Shown: positions 49,575 through 59,731 of the stretch, in pieces
Position numbering within the stretch: the first letter of the stretch is position 1
Layout: the number at the start of each line of letters is the position of its first letter
Assembly (NCBI GenBank): GCA_018971305.1
Contig: JAGXBC010000001.1
Span: 98,284 to 162,283 of the forward strand
Source: Patescibacteria group bacterium
GTDB lineage: Bacteria; Patescibacteriota; Minisyncoccia; UBA6257; 2-01-FULL-56-20
Direction of reading: 5' to 3'
Length of the DNA: 64,000 bases
Notes under the pieces: generated by a model
Told to the model about the DNA's origin: nothing
What the model saw: only the letters and a program-made list of their open reading frames with translations
Database searches by the model: none
Program-made: the position numbers and the translations under genes

Positions 49575-50279
49575 TTAGACCATTTTTTGCATTAGCAATT
49601 GTGTCGCAATGTTGAAATATAAATATTCCTCCTTGGATAGTGCTTCGTTGTGCTGAATCCTATTACGATACTCTGCTAATTCCGCAAGTTTTCCGGCAAT
49701 CACAAATGTGCTAGGAAATCTACCTCTAAACAAATCACGATTATTCTTGTCGCCCATAATATGGGAGAAATCTTTAATTCCTGCCGCTGAAAAAAGCTCT
49801 TCTGGGTGGCCACCTGGCTTCCACGAAGCATGCCTCGATTTCCAATATTGCGTTTTAAGTATTTCGTATGTCGTTTCATCCAGATGCTTCTCCCAACTAC
49901 TGCCGTAGACATCTTCAAAAACATCGGCGTACAATTTTCTCAACGCTTCTTCGAGTAATCGAATGTTCTTTCTTGCGGTAGTCAACCTTGTTAGCTCAAA
50001 AGGATCTATCTGTATAGCAGCCTTTTTTCGCAAGACAATCGGTTCGTCTCCAGGTAGCCTTTTCCCCCAAAAGACATCGCCATCTTCATCAATCTCCTTT
50101 TTTAAGACACCCTTTCGATACATAGATTTCAAAGCGATAAGCACAGCGCCCTTCTTCTTATCTCCGGCCTTCGCTATGCCATGTTTTTTCCTCGCAATGG
50201 CAGAGAGGAGGGTTTCTTGAGAAACCCATTCCTTATCAAACATCTCTATCTTAATCAATTCTTGATAGTTAGTAGCCAT
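49575..50279 (-). CDS. wHTH-like plus Swt1-type HEPN domain protein (putative RNase)
   Basis: LLEEALR, YGSSWE, EYRNRIQH (RxxxxH); TAATG-coupled to the upstream gene. Confidence 0.7.
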   Translation of the reverse strand: MATNYQELIKIEMFDKEWVSQETLLSAIARKKHGIAKAGDKKKGAVLIALKSMYRKGVLKKEIDEDGDVFWGKRLPGDEPIVLRKKAAIQIDPFELTRLTTARKNIRLLEEALRKLYADVFEDVYGSSWEKHLDETTYEILKTQYWKSRHASWKPGGHPEELFSAAGIKDFSHIMGDKNNRDLFRGRFPSTFVIAGKLAELAEYRNRIQHNEALSKEEYLYFNIATQLLMQKMV

Positions 50280-50791
50280 TATACGGTCCACGCGAATTTT
50301 TTGATTCGACCTGGGTGTTTAACAGATGACGCGACATATAGATATCTAAAACCCCTAGATCCAGGGCACACGCTCTTGCAAAGATTGACCGAATCTAGCA
50401 GCTTTCGCTCACCCTTTTTCCCTTCCTTATAGGTTGTTACAAAAAGACGGAACTCGGCGATGCCAACCGTGAGCTTCCGAAAATCTTTTAATATATTATC
50501 ATCGTCATTCTGCCTTTCAATCTCGGAGATTAATTTTAATCCCTTTAGATCCCGCCAGTTTTTCCCGAGATCAGCCCAACAAAGATCGAAAAGCCATTCA
50601 CCACTATCGGTATTAAGTTTTTTGGGACCGGATGCAAAAACTTTGTAGTCAAGTTTGTGCCCTAGATTGGTCAAAGACTTCTTTATTGAAAAAGTCCAGG
50701 CCGCCGAGCTTTCCCTATTCTCGTTTTTGCGTCCAGCATGCCGAATCACAGCTACCATTTTATCTTCTATTGGGAAAGAATTTGTAGGCAT
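50279..50791 (-). CDS. Putative PD-(D/E)xK-like nuclease
   Basis: EWLFDLCW...LISEIE...DFRKL. Confidence 0.5.
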   Translation of the reverse strand: MPTNSFPIEDKMVAVIRHAGRKNENRESSAAWTFSIKKSLTNLGHKLDYKVFASGPKKLNTDSGEWLFDLCWADLGKNWRDLKGLKLISEIERQNDDDNILKDFRKLTVGIAEFRLFVTTYKEGKKGERKLLDSVNLCKSVCPGSRGFRYLYVASSVKHPGRIKKFAWTV

Positions 50792-50803
50792 GAGGCTAAG
50801 GGT

Positions 50804-51199
50804 TTATAAAAGCCGTGCCGCTGCTTGCACGCTTTTGTCAAAGTTTTTATCGAACTGATGTTCCCAAAATCTGGTTACCCGCCAACCCTTACTTCTCAAT
50901 GCTCGGTTTACGATTTTCGCTCGCTCCTTATTGCCGCGAATTTTTTTCTGCCAATAGCTCCGTTGTGATTTTGGCATTCTACAGTGCCACCTACAGCCGT
51001 GCCAAAAGCACGAATCGAGAAAAATAACCGACTTTTTTCTCTTGGAAACGATGTCCGGCTTTCCAATTAAACTCGCGTGTTGCTGAAACGACTTTCCTTG
51101 TTTCTTCAGGGCTTTGACGATCCCTCTTTCGAGTCTAGTATTCTCGGAACGAATGAGAGACATCACCCCTGAGCGTTGCTTCTTAGTTAGGGTGTCCAT
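50804..51199 (-). CDS. vsr: Very short patch repair endonuclease
   Basis: QRSGVMSLIRSENT, GKPDI, DSCFWHGC, GWRVTRFWEH. Confidence 0.93.
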   Translation of the reverse strand: MDTLTKKQRSGVMSLIRSENTRLERGIVKALKKQGKSFQQHASLIGKPDIVSKRKKSVIFLDSCFWHGCRWHCRMPKSQRSYWQKKIRGNKERAKIVNRALRSKGWRVTRFWEHQFDKNFDKSVQAAARLL

Positions 51200-51202
51200 A
51201 AA

Positions 51203-51712
51203 TTAGGTGCTAAAAACAGTTTTCGTCTGCGAAATGAGATCTTGACTCAAGATGAGATACCAAGCTCGCATCCTCTTTTGCCACTTCCGAAATTTCAGGA
51301 ATTGATCCCATGTAATCTCGATGACTTTCTTGGGTTGGTAGGTCTTATCGATCAAGACAACGATAACGTATTCAAATTTTTTCTCAGGCTGCTGTTCGTC
51401 TTGATCCCCGCAACCATAGAACACACCCGTGACATTCCCTGGTTCAGAGATCGTCTTAACGCTGTAGCGCTCTCCCTTTCTGCTCAACGCATCCACGTTT
51501 TGCGTTCCTTCAGGAGCCGCCTGGAGTTTCGGCAAACTCGGCACTTCATTGTAAATTTTTATTGCCAAAAATTCTCCTCGCTCGCCGACGATGTTCCGCG
51601 TTCTCACTAATCCGCGCTCTTTCAATTTAAGTCCTATATAGGGATAGATGGTCCACATCTCCTCATCGGATAGATTATTAATCTCCCTTTCGAGATCTTC
51701 AATTTTAGGCAT
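51203..51712 (-). CDS. Small restriction-endonuclease-fold protein
   Basis: NIVGERGEFLA...NVDAL...RYSVK; overlaps the methyltransferase stop. Confidence 0.55.
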   Translation of the reverse strand: MPKIEDLEREINNLSDEEMWTIYPYIGLKLKERGLVRTRNIVGERGEFLAIKIYNEVPSLPKLQAAPEGTQNVDALSRKGERYSVKTISEPGNVTGVFYGCGDQDEQQPEKKFEYVIVVLIDKTYQPKKVIEITWDQFLKFRKWQKRMRAWYLILSQDLISQTKTVFST

Positions 51713-52934
51713 TGGATTGTCGTTTCCGCTTCGCGGCCAAAACGCGTTCTCCGAAATGTTCTGCAAAGACTTTTGCCAATAAAGGCGGCACCGCGTTCCC
51801 AACGTGTTTTTGTTGCGTATCCATCTTTCCGTAAAAAACGAAGTCATCGTCGAATGATTGAAAGCGAGCCGCTTCTCTCACTGTGATAGCGCGATTGCTT
51901 TCGTAATGCAGGAAGCGGCCGGATCCCGGATTCAGAAAGTGAGCGGTGATAGTTTGGGCTATACCGTCGCGATGCAAACGGCCATAAGCTTGACTGAAAT
52001 ATTCCTGATCTCGCTTTCGATCAAAGCGGCTATTCTTGGGTAAATCTTTATTACTCGACCCCTCTTCGATTTTGTTGATTTTTATCAAGAAGTCTTCTCC
52101 GTGGGATCGTGCCACGTGGTTACAAAGAATCTTTGCTCGTTGCCTGCGGGATGCTTGGTAATCCGTAAATGGGGCGGCGGCATACCCGGTCGCTTCTTGG
52201 CCAGCCTCAATACGCGGTAAGTCGCCGATGGCATCCTCCACAGAAATATACGGCGTTAAAATAGTTCCGAAATCATCCAAGGCAACTTCTTCCAAAATGT
52301 CCTTCGCAAAAGGCAATTTCTTATATCGTAACGGAGGAAAGTCGAGCGGTACGTCGGCAGCATACTTATTTTGAACCGCTGCTATGAGTAAGCGCTTTCT
52401 GAGCTGTGGAACTCCGTAATCATGCGCGATGACCACCTGCATATTTGAGCTATAGCCCATTTTTTCAAGCTCCTCTCGGATCTCGACGATAAATTTGCCC
52501 TTTGCGTATGATGCTGCATTTGGGACGTTTTCGATAAGGACGAAGATGGGTTTCAGCAATCCGACAAAGCGCAAGAATTCTTTCATCAACCTATTGCGCG
52601 GATCGTTGATAATGCGGTCGGATCTATTGGCGGTGAGCGCGGAGAATCCTTGGCATGGCGGTCCACCAACTAGGAAATCGAGTTCTGCCCCGCCGTTTAG
52701 CAGAGCGTTCTTGCGCAATGTTTTCTCATCAAGTTTTCCGATATCGGCCCAGAGGTAAGGCACTGATGGCCTATTTCTCTTGAAGGTAGTGATTGCGTCA
52801 GCATCATGATCGACCAATAAGACTGGTTGGAGTCCCCAATCTTTCGGTAAAAGCGCTTTGCAAAATCCTTCCGTTATACCTCCGACGCCAGCGAATAGGT
52901 CTATGAACGTAAGGGTATGCGCTTCTCTTTTCAT
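51705..52934 (-). CDS. dcm: DNA (cytosine-5)-methyltransferase
   Basis: DLFAGVGG, GGPPCQGFS, ENV, YGVPQLRKR, TVREAARFQSF, GNAVPP. Confidence 0.95.
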   Translation of the reverse strand: MKREAHTLTFIDLFAGVGGITEGFCKALLPKDWGLQPVLLVDHDADAITTFKRNRPSVPYLWADIGKLDEKTLRKNALLNGGAELDFLVGGPPCQGFSALTANRSDRIINDPRNRLMKEFLRFVGLLKPIFVLIENVPNAASYAKGKFIVEIREELEKMGYSSNMQVVIAHDYGVPQLRKRLLIAAVQNKYAADVPLDFPPLRYKKLPFAKDILEEVALDDFGTILTPYISVEDAIGDLPRIEAGQEATGYAAAPFTDYQASRRQRAKILCNHVARSHGEDFLIKINKIEEGSSNKDLPKNSRFDRKRDQEYFSQAYGRLHRDGIAQTITAHFLNPGSGRFLHYESNRAITVREAARFQSFDDDFVFYGKMDTQQKHVGNAVPPLLAKVFAEHFGERVLAAKRKRQSNA

Positions 52935-54820
52935 AGTTGATTGTTTGGTTCTATTACTTCGTTACTTTTAGATGCCGCCGCAGCTTTCGCGGTTATTTTT
53001 CCGTTAGAGACAAATTTTTCATGGAAAAGAAATGGCTCGAGTTCCTTCGTCGCAGAGTCATGCAATCGCTTGGAAACCTCGTCGAATTTATTGTCGATCT
53101 CGTCGGCGGTTAATTGGGTTCCCCGTTTTTCCATCTCGTGCACGGTTTGCTTCAAAATGATGTCCACGTATCTTTGAAACATATACTCGCGCCACCGAAC
53201 ATGTTCCGTCCCGTAATCCTCGCGGATTTTATGCGCGAGCGGGGCCTGAGTATTAATCCAATACACATTGTGTTCGTAGTCGGCACGGCGCTGATAAACA
53301 AGAGGGTGGCGTGCGTCGCAGTTTACCGTATTGCCCGGACTAAGCGGATCATCGTCAGAGTTAGAAAGGAGAACAAGCGGAAATTTATGGCCTTTGCTTT
53401 TTTGATCTCCAGAACCACTTCCTTCGGTCGTCGATCCGCCATCGCCCTCAGTCTCTCCCTTGCCCATCCCCGCTCCTTGTCCTTCTCGCAGTCCGCCCGC
53501 ATCTCCTGGGTTTGTGCCCGCAAAGATTTCTCCATAAACTTGCGACATAAAACCATTTTTCCATCGGTTCAGAAAATCGTTAAATATCGAGGTGTTCTTA
53601 AGATCAATCTGTTGCTGCTCGAGCTTGGTCCGCTCAACCATTTTATCGGTTAGATCGTTTATTCGTTCGCAAATCCACCAAAGTAGAGCGTCTGTAAGTT
53701 CGGTTTTGGCGAGATGTTCTCGGTCATTCAGCACCAGGTCATTATCAGGGTCCTCTAGAATGGGACACTCACACTCGCCGTATACAAATTCGGTCATTTC
53801 GGAGTTCCGCAAAGCCCCTCCCAGCTCGCTGATCTTATATGACGCGATAATGCCAATATCTTTGCTTTTAAAGTTGATGCAATTGAGCGCGGCGCGATCC
53901 CCGTATCGGTTAAAAGGTTCCTCTGAGGTGAAGAGGGTCAATCCTCCCTTCGGAAATTTTTCGTTAGCTAATGCCACATATTCCTTGCCATACGGCAATT
54001 GCTCTGGAATTTCAAAGGTTACGGGATCTTCGAATCCAAACTTCGGCTTTATAACCTCCGGCTCGAGACGCATGAGATCGCCATTGTCCAGCACACCGTA
54101 CACCAATTTCGTTTGCACGATATTTCGCGCCTGAGGATGAACCCGCAAGCGGTACAGTAAGTTGTTATATTTTCTCATCCCGACATTTTCCGGCTTGGTG
54201 CCACTAATCACAGTGAAGCGGATGTCCTTAAGACGGAATCGTTCCTGAAGCGCGTCCGTTTCGGGGAGTTTCAAAAGCTGGGGGATCAAATCAGCGATGC
54301 CAGCTATCTTGAATGCTTCTTCCGGTTTTACTTTTTTATCTTCAAATCCATTTAAGAAGCCATAGTCTTTGTCCTCGTCGAATCCAAAGATGTTCAGATG
54401 ACCATTGCGATACGTGATGAATCGGCTCGTCTGAAACATCTGGCGCATATAGAATTTTCCGCCGTTTCCATGTCCGCCGTACGTTTTCAACTCTTTCAGC
54501 CCCTGCTTTGCAGCCATGCGATCGAACCAGCGAGCGAAATTATCGTTGATGACCTTGTGTGTTGTTCCTGAAAAATCTATACATTCGAAACGAATTGGGT
54601 CTGTTTTGGTCTTGCTTCGGAACCGAACCACAATGACTTGCTCGGAATCTGGAATGTGAATTTTCTGCGCGGCCCCGTCCCTTAAGTAAGCGTCAACAGA
54701 GTTTTTGAGCCATTCCGCGAGCCCCTTTACATGATCGAATCTGAAGCTCTTGCCAAACATGTCAAGCGCGCTCTTCGCGTCTATGACGGCTTCGATCTTA
54801 TTGATCTTGGGATTTTTCAT
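52931..54820 (-). CDS. GHKL (MORC/MutL-like) ATPase
   Basis: LAEWLKNSVDA (N box), IDFSGTT (G1), GGHGNGGKF (G2). Confidence 0.7.
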   Translation of the reverse strand: MKNPKINKIEAVIDAKSALDMFGKSFRFDHVKGLAEWLKNSVDAYLRDGAAQKIHIPDSEQVIVVRFRSKTKTDPIRFECIDFSGTTHKVINDNFARWFDRMAAKQGLKELKTYGGHGNGGKFYMRQMFQTSRFITYRNGHLNIFGFDEDKDYGFLNGFEDKKVKPEEAFKIAGIADLIPQLLKLPETDALQERFRLKDIRFTVISGTKPENVGMRKYNNLLYRLRVHPQARNIVQTKLVYGVLDNGDLMRLEPEVIKPKFGFEDPVTFEIPEQLPYGKEYVALANEKFPKGGLTLFTSEEPFNRYGDRAALNCINFKSKDIGIIASYKISELGGALRNSEMTEFVYGECECPILEDPDNDLVLNDREHLAKTELTDALLWWICERINDLTDKMVERTKLEQQQIDLKNTSIFNDFLNRWKNGFMSQVYGEIFAGTNPGDAGGLREGQGAGMGKGETEGDGGSTTEGSGSGDQKSKGHKFPLVLLSNSDDDPLSPGNTVNCDARHPLVYQRRADYEHNVYWINTQAPLAHKIREDYGTEHVRWREYMFQRYVDIILKQTVHEMEKRGTQLTADEIDNKFDEVSKRLHDSATKELEPFLFHEKFVSNGKITAKAAAASKSNEVIEPNNQL

Positions 54821-54821
54821 G

Positions 54822-55424
54822 TTATTTTTGGGGGATGATAGTTTTAAATTTTTCATCAGTAAGTAAATATTTATTAAGATCATTCAAGATTTTAAACCGA
54901 GGATTGCCCGAAAAGATGCGTCGAGCGTTTTCGATCGCGGAGCTGATGACCGCAATACGACCCAAAAATTCGTTTTTGCCAGTTCGAACCGTCACGCTGT
55001 AAAACGCGTAGATGTCGCTATCCAAAATTTTCTCCTTTTCGCCGCCTTCATAAAGCTTGAAGGCGTCTGATTGAAATAATTTATCGGCTTCTGCCTGCTC
55101 GTCTCTGCCGAGCCGCTCTGTTCGAGTTTTCTCCACCTGGTCGCCGCTAATTTTTGAGACGAGAGGCCCAATGTAAGCAAGGCCATGTTCAGTAAGCGAA
55201 AAGAATTTATTTGCCGTTCTAATAAAACCCTTGCTTTTCAAAGGTCCATAAAGTGGCTTATGAATATCCGAAGAATCGGGGTATTCGTAACCGCGCAGAC
55301 TGAAATCCTCTGGAAATTTTTTCCACACCGCGACAACGATGTCCTCGTATTTAAGGGGCTTCGTCGATCCCTGCGATAGGTCGTACATAGCAACTAGTAT
55401 TTTGTCGCGAACTGATAACGCCAT
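54822..55424 (-). CDS. Winged-HTH-like hypothetical protein
   Basis: YEDIVVAVWKKFPEDFSLRGY.YPDS, FSLTEHG. Confidence 0.6.
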   Translation of the reverse strand: MALSVRDKILVAMYDLSQGSTKPLKYEDIVVAVWKKFPEDFSLRGYEYPDSSDIHKPLYGPLKSKGFIRTANKFFSLTEHGLAYIGPLVSKISGDQVEKTRTERLGRDEQAEADKLFQSDAFKLYEGGEKEKILDSDIYAFYSVTVRTGKNEFLGRIAVISSAIENARRIFSGNPRFKILNDLNKYLLTDEKFKTIIPQK

Positions 55425-55429
55425 TTGGG

Positions 55430-55660
55430 TTATAGTTTAAAGTCTTTGTTTTTAGGATAGTGAAATTTCGCTTTGACGTCTTTTACACGTCGATCGATTT
55501 CGGAAAATATTTTGTTGATATCTTCTTCGGTGTATTCATATGCGCTGCGATTAGAACAGTTTCCAAGAACTTTCAACCGCCGGAGAATGGCGTTGGTTCT
55601 AAGAGTCGCAAGCCTTTTGAACCTTTCTCTCTTCGCTTCTTTCGGGAAATTTTTTTCCAT
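55430..55660 (-). CDS. Small basic helical protein heading the methyltransferase operon
   Basis: KRERFKRLATLRTN...LGNCSNRSAYEY. Confidence 0.6.
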   Translation of the reverse strand: MEKNFPKEAKRERFKRLATLRTNAILRRLKVLGNCSNRSAYEYTEEDINKIFSEIDRRVKDVKAKFHYPKNKDFKL

Positions 55661-55895
55661 ATATTCTATATACAATAGGATACCTTTATTTGCAAGGGCG
55701 ACACATATGTACTTATAGTAATGCGCTATTTCAAAAAGTCAAGTTTGCGTTGGGGATAAACATCCCGATGCCGGATTCCATCGTCACATTGATTTTTCAT
55801 AATAACTCATTTTCCGAGCACTTTCATAGATTGAATATTAGATCTCACAACTTAAAACTCCTCTTCGCGAGGAGCTTTAAGTTTTTCTTTTTCTC

Positions 55896-56477
55896 TTACT
55901 GCAGCTGTATGTCCACCGGCTGCCCAAAGGAAAAGAGCGGCTGGTAATGGAGAATCATCTTCGCAGTGGCATTACTCGGCACCTCGAAGACCATATCTCC
56001 CGTGACGCTGCCGCCGGGGGCAAGTTCGCTGGCCGCCGAGTCAAGCTTGTTGAGCCCTATACCCGCCGTGATTGCTTCATCGTGCAGGGCACCGTTCGCA
56101 TCCTGCAGCTTGAAACCCCACATGCCGGAGACGCTCAAATTGCCCGTTCCTTGATTCGTCATCGATACCGTGACGACCACGAAGACGTCGCTTGGGTTCT
56201 GCGGCGTGTCAAACTGGTTGGAACTGTGCCAGTTTTTGTTCACCTTCGTGACCGAGAGCACCGTATCGCCCTGCTTGATCTGGTCGCCGACGTTGAAAAC
56301 CTGCGGCTGGTTACTTGGCGCTTGCGCTCCGGCGGTCGTATTTCCGTTTTCGCCGACCTTCTGCGGGGCACTATTACTCCCGCTCACTCCCGCGATGATA
56401 AGGATCACGATAACGACCAAGCCCCAGAACCACCACTGCTTATAGAATTTCTTTTTTGGCTTTTCAGAGTTTTCCAT
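55896..56477 (-). CDS. DUF4352-like membrane-anchored Ig-fold protein
   Basis: KKKFYKQWWFW anchor, FKLQDANG, LAPGGSVTGDMVFEVP. Confidence 0.75.
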   Translation of the reverse strand: MENSEKPKKKFYKQWWFWGLVVIVILIIAGVSGSNSAPQKVGENGNTTAGAQAPSNQPQVFNVGDQIKQGDTVLSVTKVNKNWHSSNQFDTPQNPSDVFVVVTVSMTNQGTGNLSVSGMWGFKLQDANGALHDEAITAGIGLNKLDSAASELAPGGSVTGDMVFEVPSNATAKMILHYQPLFSFGQPVDIQLQ

Positions 56478-56672
56478 AGTATTAGCTGTTTTTATTTCGA
56501 CCTTTCGGGATTTGCTATTTTCTTCCCAAAACAATTGATGACGCCTGGGCGGCGGAAGTCCATAGCCTCAAAACCGCCGCGCTGGCTTCACGAATCGCGC
56601 CAGACTGACCACTCCAGCTTATCATAATATCTAAAATTTGGATATTGGTTTTCTGGATATAGCGTGAGAGGT

Positions 56673-56894
56673 ATGGTGAAATCAATCCAGACGAAGGAAT
56701 ATGCCCTGCTCGTGGAACGACTGCGAAAGGCGAGGATAGGAGCCGGGCTTACCCAGGCGCAAATCGCCAAGAAGATCGGACGACCGCAGTCCCATATTTC
56801 GAATATTGAATCGGGGCAGCAACGGATTGACGTAGTCGAGTTGAAACGGTTCGCGGAGTTGTACGGGAAAAACATTAAATTCTTCATAAAGTAA
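56673..56894 (+). CDS. XRE-family HTH regulator
   Basis: LRKARIGAGLTQAQIAKKIGRPQSHISNIESGQQRID. Confidence 0.9.
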   Translation: MVKSIQTKEYALLVERLRKARIGAGLTQAQIAKKIGRPQSHISNIESGQQRIDVVELKRFAELYGKNIKFFIK

Positions 56895-56962
56895 GCAAGG
56901 TGGTCTCCAATGAAAAAAGAGCATCTCGTAGATGCTCTTTTTTCTACCGCTGCGGTTCCGTC

Positions 56963-57685
56963 CTATTTCGGCCGCGGTCCTTGCCACGATGGCCGATAAC
57001 CATCTTTCGGCACCTCGAGGCGCGGAACGGGCGCAAAGACCTGCGGGGTCACTGTGATCGTACCGCTGTCGCTCGGCGGGTTCGTTGGGTTCGCCCTCGG
57101 CAGGAGATCGATTGGCTTAGTCGTGTCATTCGAACGTGGCGCAGGCGGCGCCGATTCGGTTGCCGGTAGCTCCTGCGATGACGTGCCCGAGGGATCGCTC
57201 TTTGCGCCGCCCGCGATGATCCCGCGCAACGCCGCCGGAATCGGTTTCGCCTTCGGCGCCGGGATGCTGATCCTCGGCAATGCCGTGCCTGATGGCGATG
57301 ACGATTCCTGCCTGCCCGCTTCCGCTTGGGCATCAGCGGGAGGCTTCGCGCCTTGGCCGGCACTTGCGCTTGCAGAGGCCGACTGCCGCAAGAGCAGCGG
57401 GTTCACTTCGTCCCGCATCTCCCATGTCGGCATGCCAATGGCGAGGGCGATGTCGTTGTAGGGAATATCCACGGTAAAAGGGTCCGGAGCGATATCCGTC
57501 TTCGGGTCGGTGCTGACCGCTTGGATGTCGAGGTGCCTCGTCGGCGGTTCTTGCGCCGTTGTTGTAACCTCCGGTTGCTCCGCTTCCGCTTCACTTGCGG
57601 CAACTGCCTGAGCTTTACCGCCTATGAGCCATTCGCCGAACCGAACAAAGAAGCGTCCGGCCAAATTCAATATGTTGTTAAACAT
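56963..57685 (-). CDS. Pro/Ala-rich, largely disordered hypothetical protein
   Basis: 240-aa ORF directly downstream of terminase, same strand. Confidence 0.5.
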   Translation of the reverse strand: MFNNILNLAGRFFVRFGEWLIGGKAQAVAASEAEAEQPEVTTTAQEPPTRHLDIQAVSTDPKTDIAPDPFTVDIPYNDIALAIGMPTWEMRDEVNPLLLRQSASASASAGQGAKPPADAQAEAGRQESSSPSGTALPRISIPAPKAKPIPAALRGIIAGGAKSDPSGTSSQELPATESAPPAPRSNDTTKPIDLLPRANPTNPPSDSGTITVTPQVFAPVPRLEVPKDGYRPSWQGPRPK

Positions 57686-57699
57686 GATTGAAAATATAA

Positions 57700-59322
57700 T
57701 TAGGTTTGGTCGACCTTTGGTTCCGGTAATGGTGGCGAAGAAGTGGGGCGCGAGCCAAAGCCTTGCGCGGAAGCATTGTCCAGGAGATCAATGGGATCAA
57801 CGGAATAACTTTCGGCGGGCTTGGAGCTGCGGTTTTTGTCGCCGCAGACGGTTTCAATTTCGCCGGTATCCAGGTCAAGCGTCCACATGCCCGCGAATTG
57901 CACGTCCTGGCCGATCGTGGCGTGGGCGAGAATCGTAAACGCGTCCACTTGATCGTCGTAGCGTTCCACGCCGAATCCCACGAGCTGCTGCTCAAGGGTT
58001 TCCGTCCGCGGCTTTTGGGGAAAAAGAATCCTGCCGATGCGGATGAGGCCCGCCACCGTGGAAAGCCGGGCGCGTTTGTCGGTTGTGGCCGGGACCCCGA
58101 TCACCGGGAGCCCCATGGCGGCGAGCCGCTCAATGAGCATCTGCTGGTACTGCACCTTCTCAATGCGCAGTTCAACAGCGCCGTAGAGCGCGGCGTATTT
58201 CTCATAGAGCGCCTTCAGGGCGTTCACGACGTCTTCGGAGTTCATGCGCCGGTTCACCGTCTCTATGATGTAGGCACGGAACGCGTCCCCGTGGCCCGCG
58301 AAAAGGCCCACCGCGATCCCGGTATAGTCCGCGCTGCTTTTCGTGCTGATCGCGGGGTCGCAGGCGATCACCACTTTCAGGATCTCCTTCGCGGGAAGTT
58401 CGCTCCAACGCTGGAACCAGTCCGGGAAGACGAGCCGGTCCTCGTTCGCAATAATGCGGAGACCGTACTCGCGTTCCCAGGTCGCCTCGTCGCCGATTTT
58501 CTTTTTGAACGCGTCAAGCGATTCCGCCGTGGGGAATTTTTCCGGCCACTGGCAGACGCCTTCGTCGTCCACGAGCGGAAAGCGGCGGAAGACGCCCCTG
58601 CGGTCGCCTTTCACAATCTGTTCCTTGAGGCGGCCGAGGAGCGAATATTCATTCAGGAAATTCCCGAGGACGTACACCTTCGTTTCGGGCGTGCCGAGGG
58701 GAATGATCTCGGAGTTAAAGAATTCATACGTTTGATCGCGCGATTCCTTCACGCGGGTGTTCTGCAAATTTTCGAGGTCGTCACAGATAATCAGGTCTGG
58801 GCGGTAATGCCGGTAGCGCAGTCCGCGCACCGCCTGCTCCGAGGAGAGCGCGACGATCCGCGCGTCAAATTTCTTGAATGTCATCCCGAGCGCGGTGCGT
58901 TCGTCGCCGTCCATGTCGATCGGTCCGAAATCGTTGCGGAGCAGCGGCGATGCGAGCGCCATGCGGATGTTTGAGAAGTGCTGTTTTGACTGGTGCAGGG
59001 TTTCACTGATAATCGTGATAAAGTGCGCCCGGCCGCTCAGAATTGACCACAGGGAGAGCGAGGTGTTGAAGATGGCGGACTTCCCGCTGTTGCGAAAACC
59101 CGCCACGATGCAGAGGTCGCTCGCATTCGCTTCCGTGAGCGCGAACATTTCCTTGTGGAATTGTCCCATCGGGTCCTTGAGGTAGTCCGCCAAATAGATG
59201 TTGAAGAAGAGCGGGTGCGACCACTGGCCGAGCTTGCGCCGCAAAAGGCGGCTCTTCCGAATGACATCAATGAAGAAATTGAACTTGTCTGCGTTGTTGC
59301 TGGGGGCTGGTAAAAGATTCAT
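57700..59322 (-). CDS. Phage terminase large subunit
   Basis: Walker A GFRNSGKS, VRG, Walker B LIICDDLE, RNase H-like IACDPA and YDDQVDA. Confidence 0.88.
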   Translation of the reverse strand: MNLLPAPSNNADKFNFFIDVIRKSRLLRRKLGQWSHPLFFNIYLADYLKDPMGQFHKEMFALTEANASDLCIVAGFRNSGKSAIFNTSLSLWSILSGRAHFITIISETLHQSKQHFSNIRMALASPLLRNDFGPIDMDGDERTALGMTFKKFDARIVALSSEQAVRGLRYRHYRPDLIICDDLENLQNTRVKESRDQTYEFFNSEIIPLGTPETKVYVLGNFLNEYSLLGRLKEQIVKGDRRGVFRRFPLVDDEGVCQWPEKFPTAESLDAFKKKIGDEATWEREYGLRIIANEDRLVFPDWFQRWSELPAKEILKVVIACDPAISTKSSADYTGIAVGLFAGHGDAFRAYIIETVNRRMNSEDVVNALKALYEKYAALYGAVELRIEKVQYQQMLIERLAAMGLPVIGVPATTDKRARLSTVAGLIRIGRILFPQKPRTETLEQQLVGFGVERYDDQVDAFTILAHATIGQDVQFAGMWTLDLDTGEIETVCGDKNRSSKPAESYSVDPIDLLDNASAQGFGSRPTSSPPLPEPKVDQT

Positions 59323-59326
59323 GTTT

Positions 59327-59731
59327 TTATTTTTGGATCATGAGGTTTATGTAATTTGCGGGGAATCCTGCTAAGCGGAGCGCTTCGCGAAGGAGTTCGA
59401 CTTCTTCGGGAGTCAACTCTTCGCGCAGATCAACGGTCCCTGAAAGCTCCAGCCGGTTGCGGTACTCGTCCTTGTTGTTCTTGAGCCAAAAAATGGCTGC
59501 ATTCAGTTTCCCTTGTTTGATCGCCTGGATAATTTGACTCTCCGCCGCGTCGTTCACGAGGTTCTTGCCGTCGAGCTGCGCTTCGTCGGCCTCCTTCGCG
59601 AACGCGGGGTCCTCCTGCTTGCGGCGGTAGAACGTCCGCCTGCTGATGCCCGCCTTCGCGCACGCCGACTCTATGACCGGCGACCTCCGCAGCGCGTCGA
59701 GAATGATTTGTTTTTCTTCGTCGCGGGTCAT
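59327..59731 (-). CDS. Terminase small subunit-like HTH protein
   Basis: SACAKAGISRRTFYR...DPAF...AAIFWLK; directly upstream of terL. Confidence 0.75.
   Translation of the reverse strand: MTRDEEKQIILDALRRSPVIESACAKAGISRRTFYRRKQEDPAFAKEADEAQLDGKNLVNDAAESQIIQAIKQGKLNAAIFWLKNNKDEYRNRLELSGTVDLREELTPEEVELLREALRLAGFPANYINLMIQK

Noticed and set aside
57763-58974. 403-aa plus-strand ORF (also 55947-56627 and 59896-60537)
   Set aside because: Antisense to well-supported high-GC genes and without recognisable motifs.
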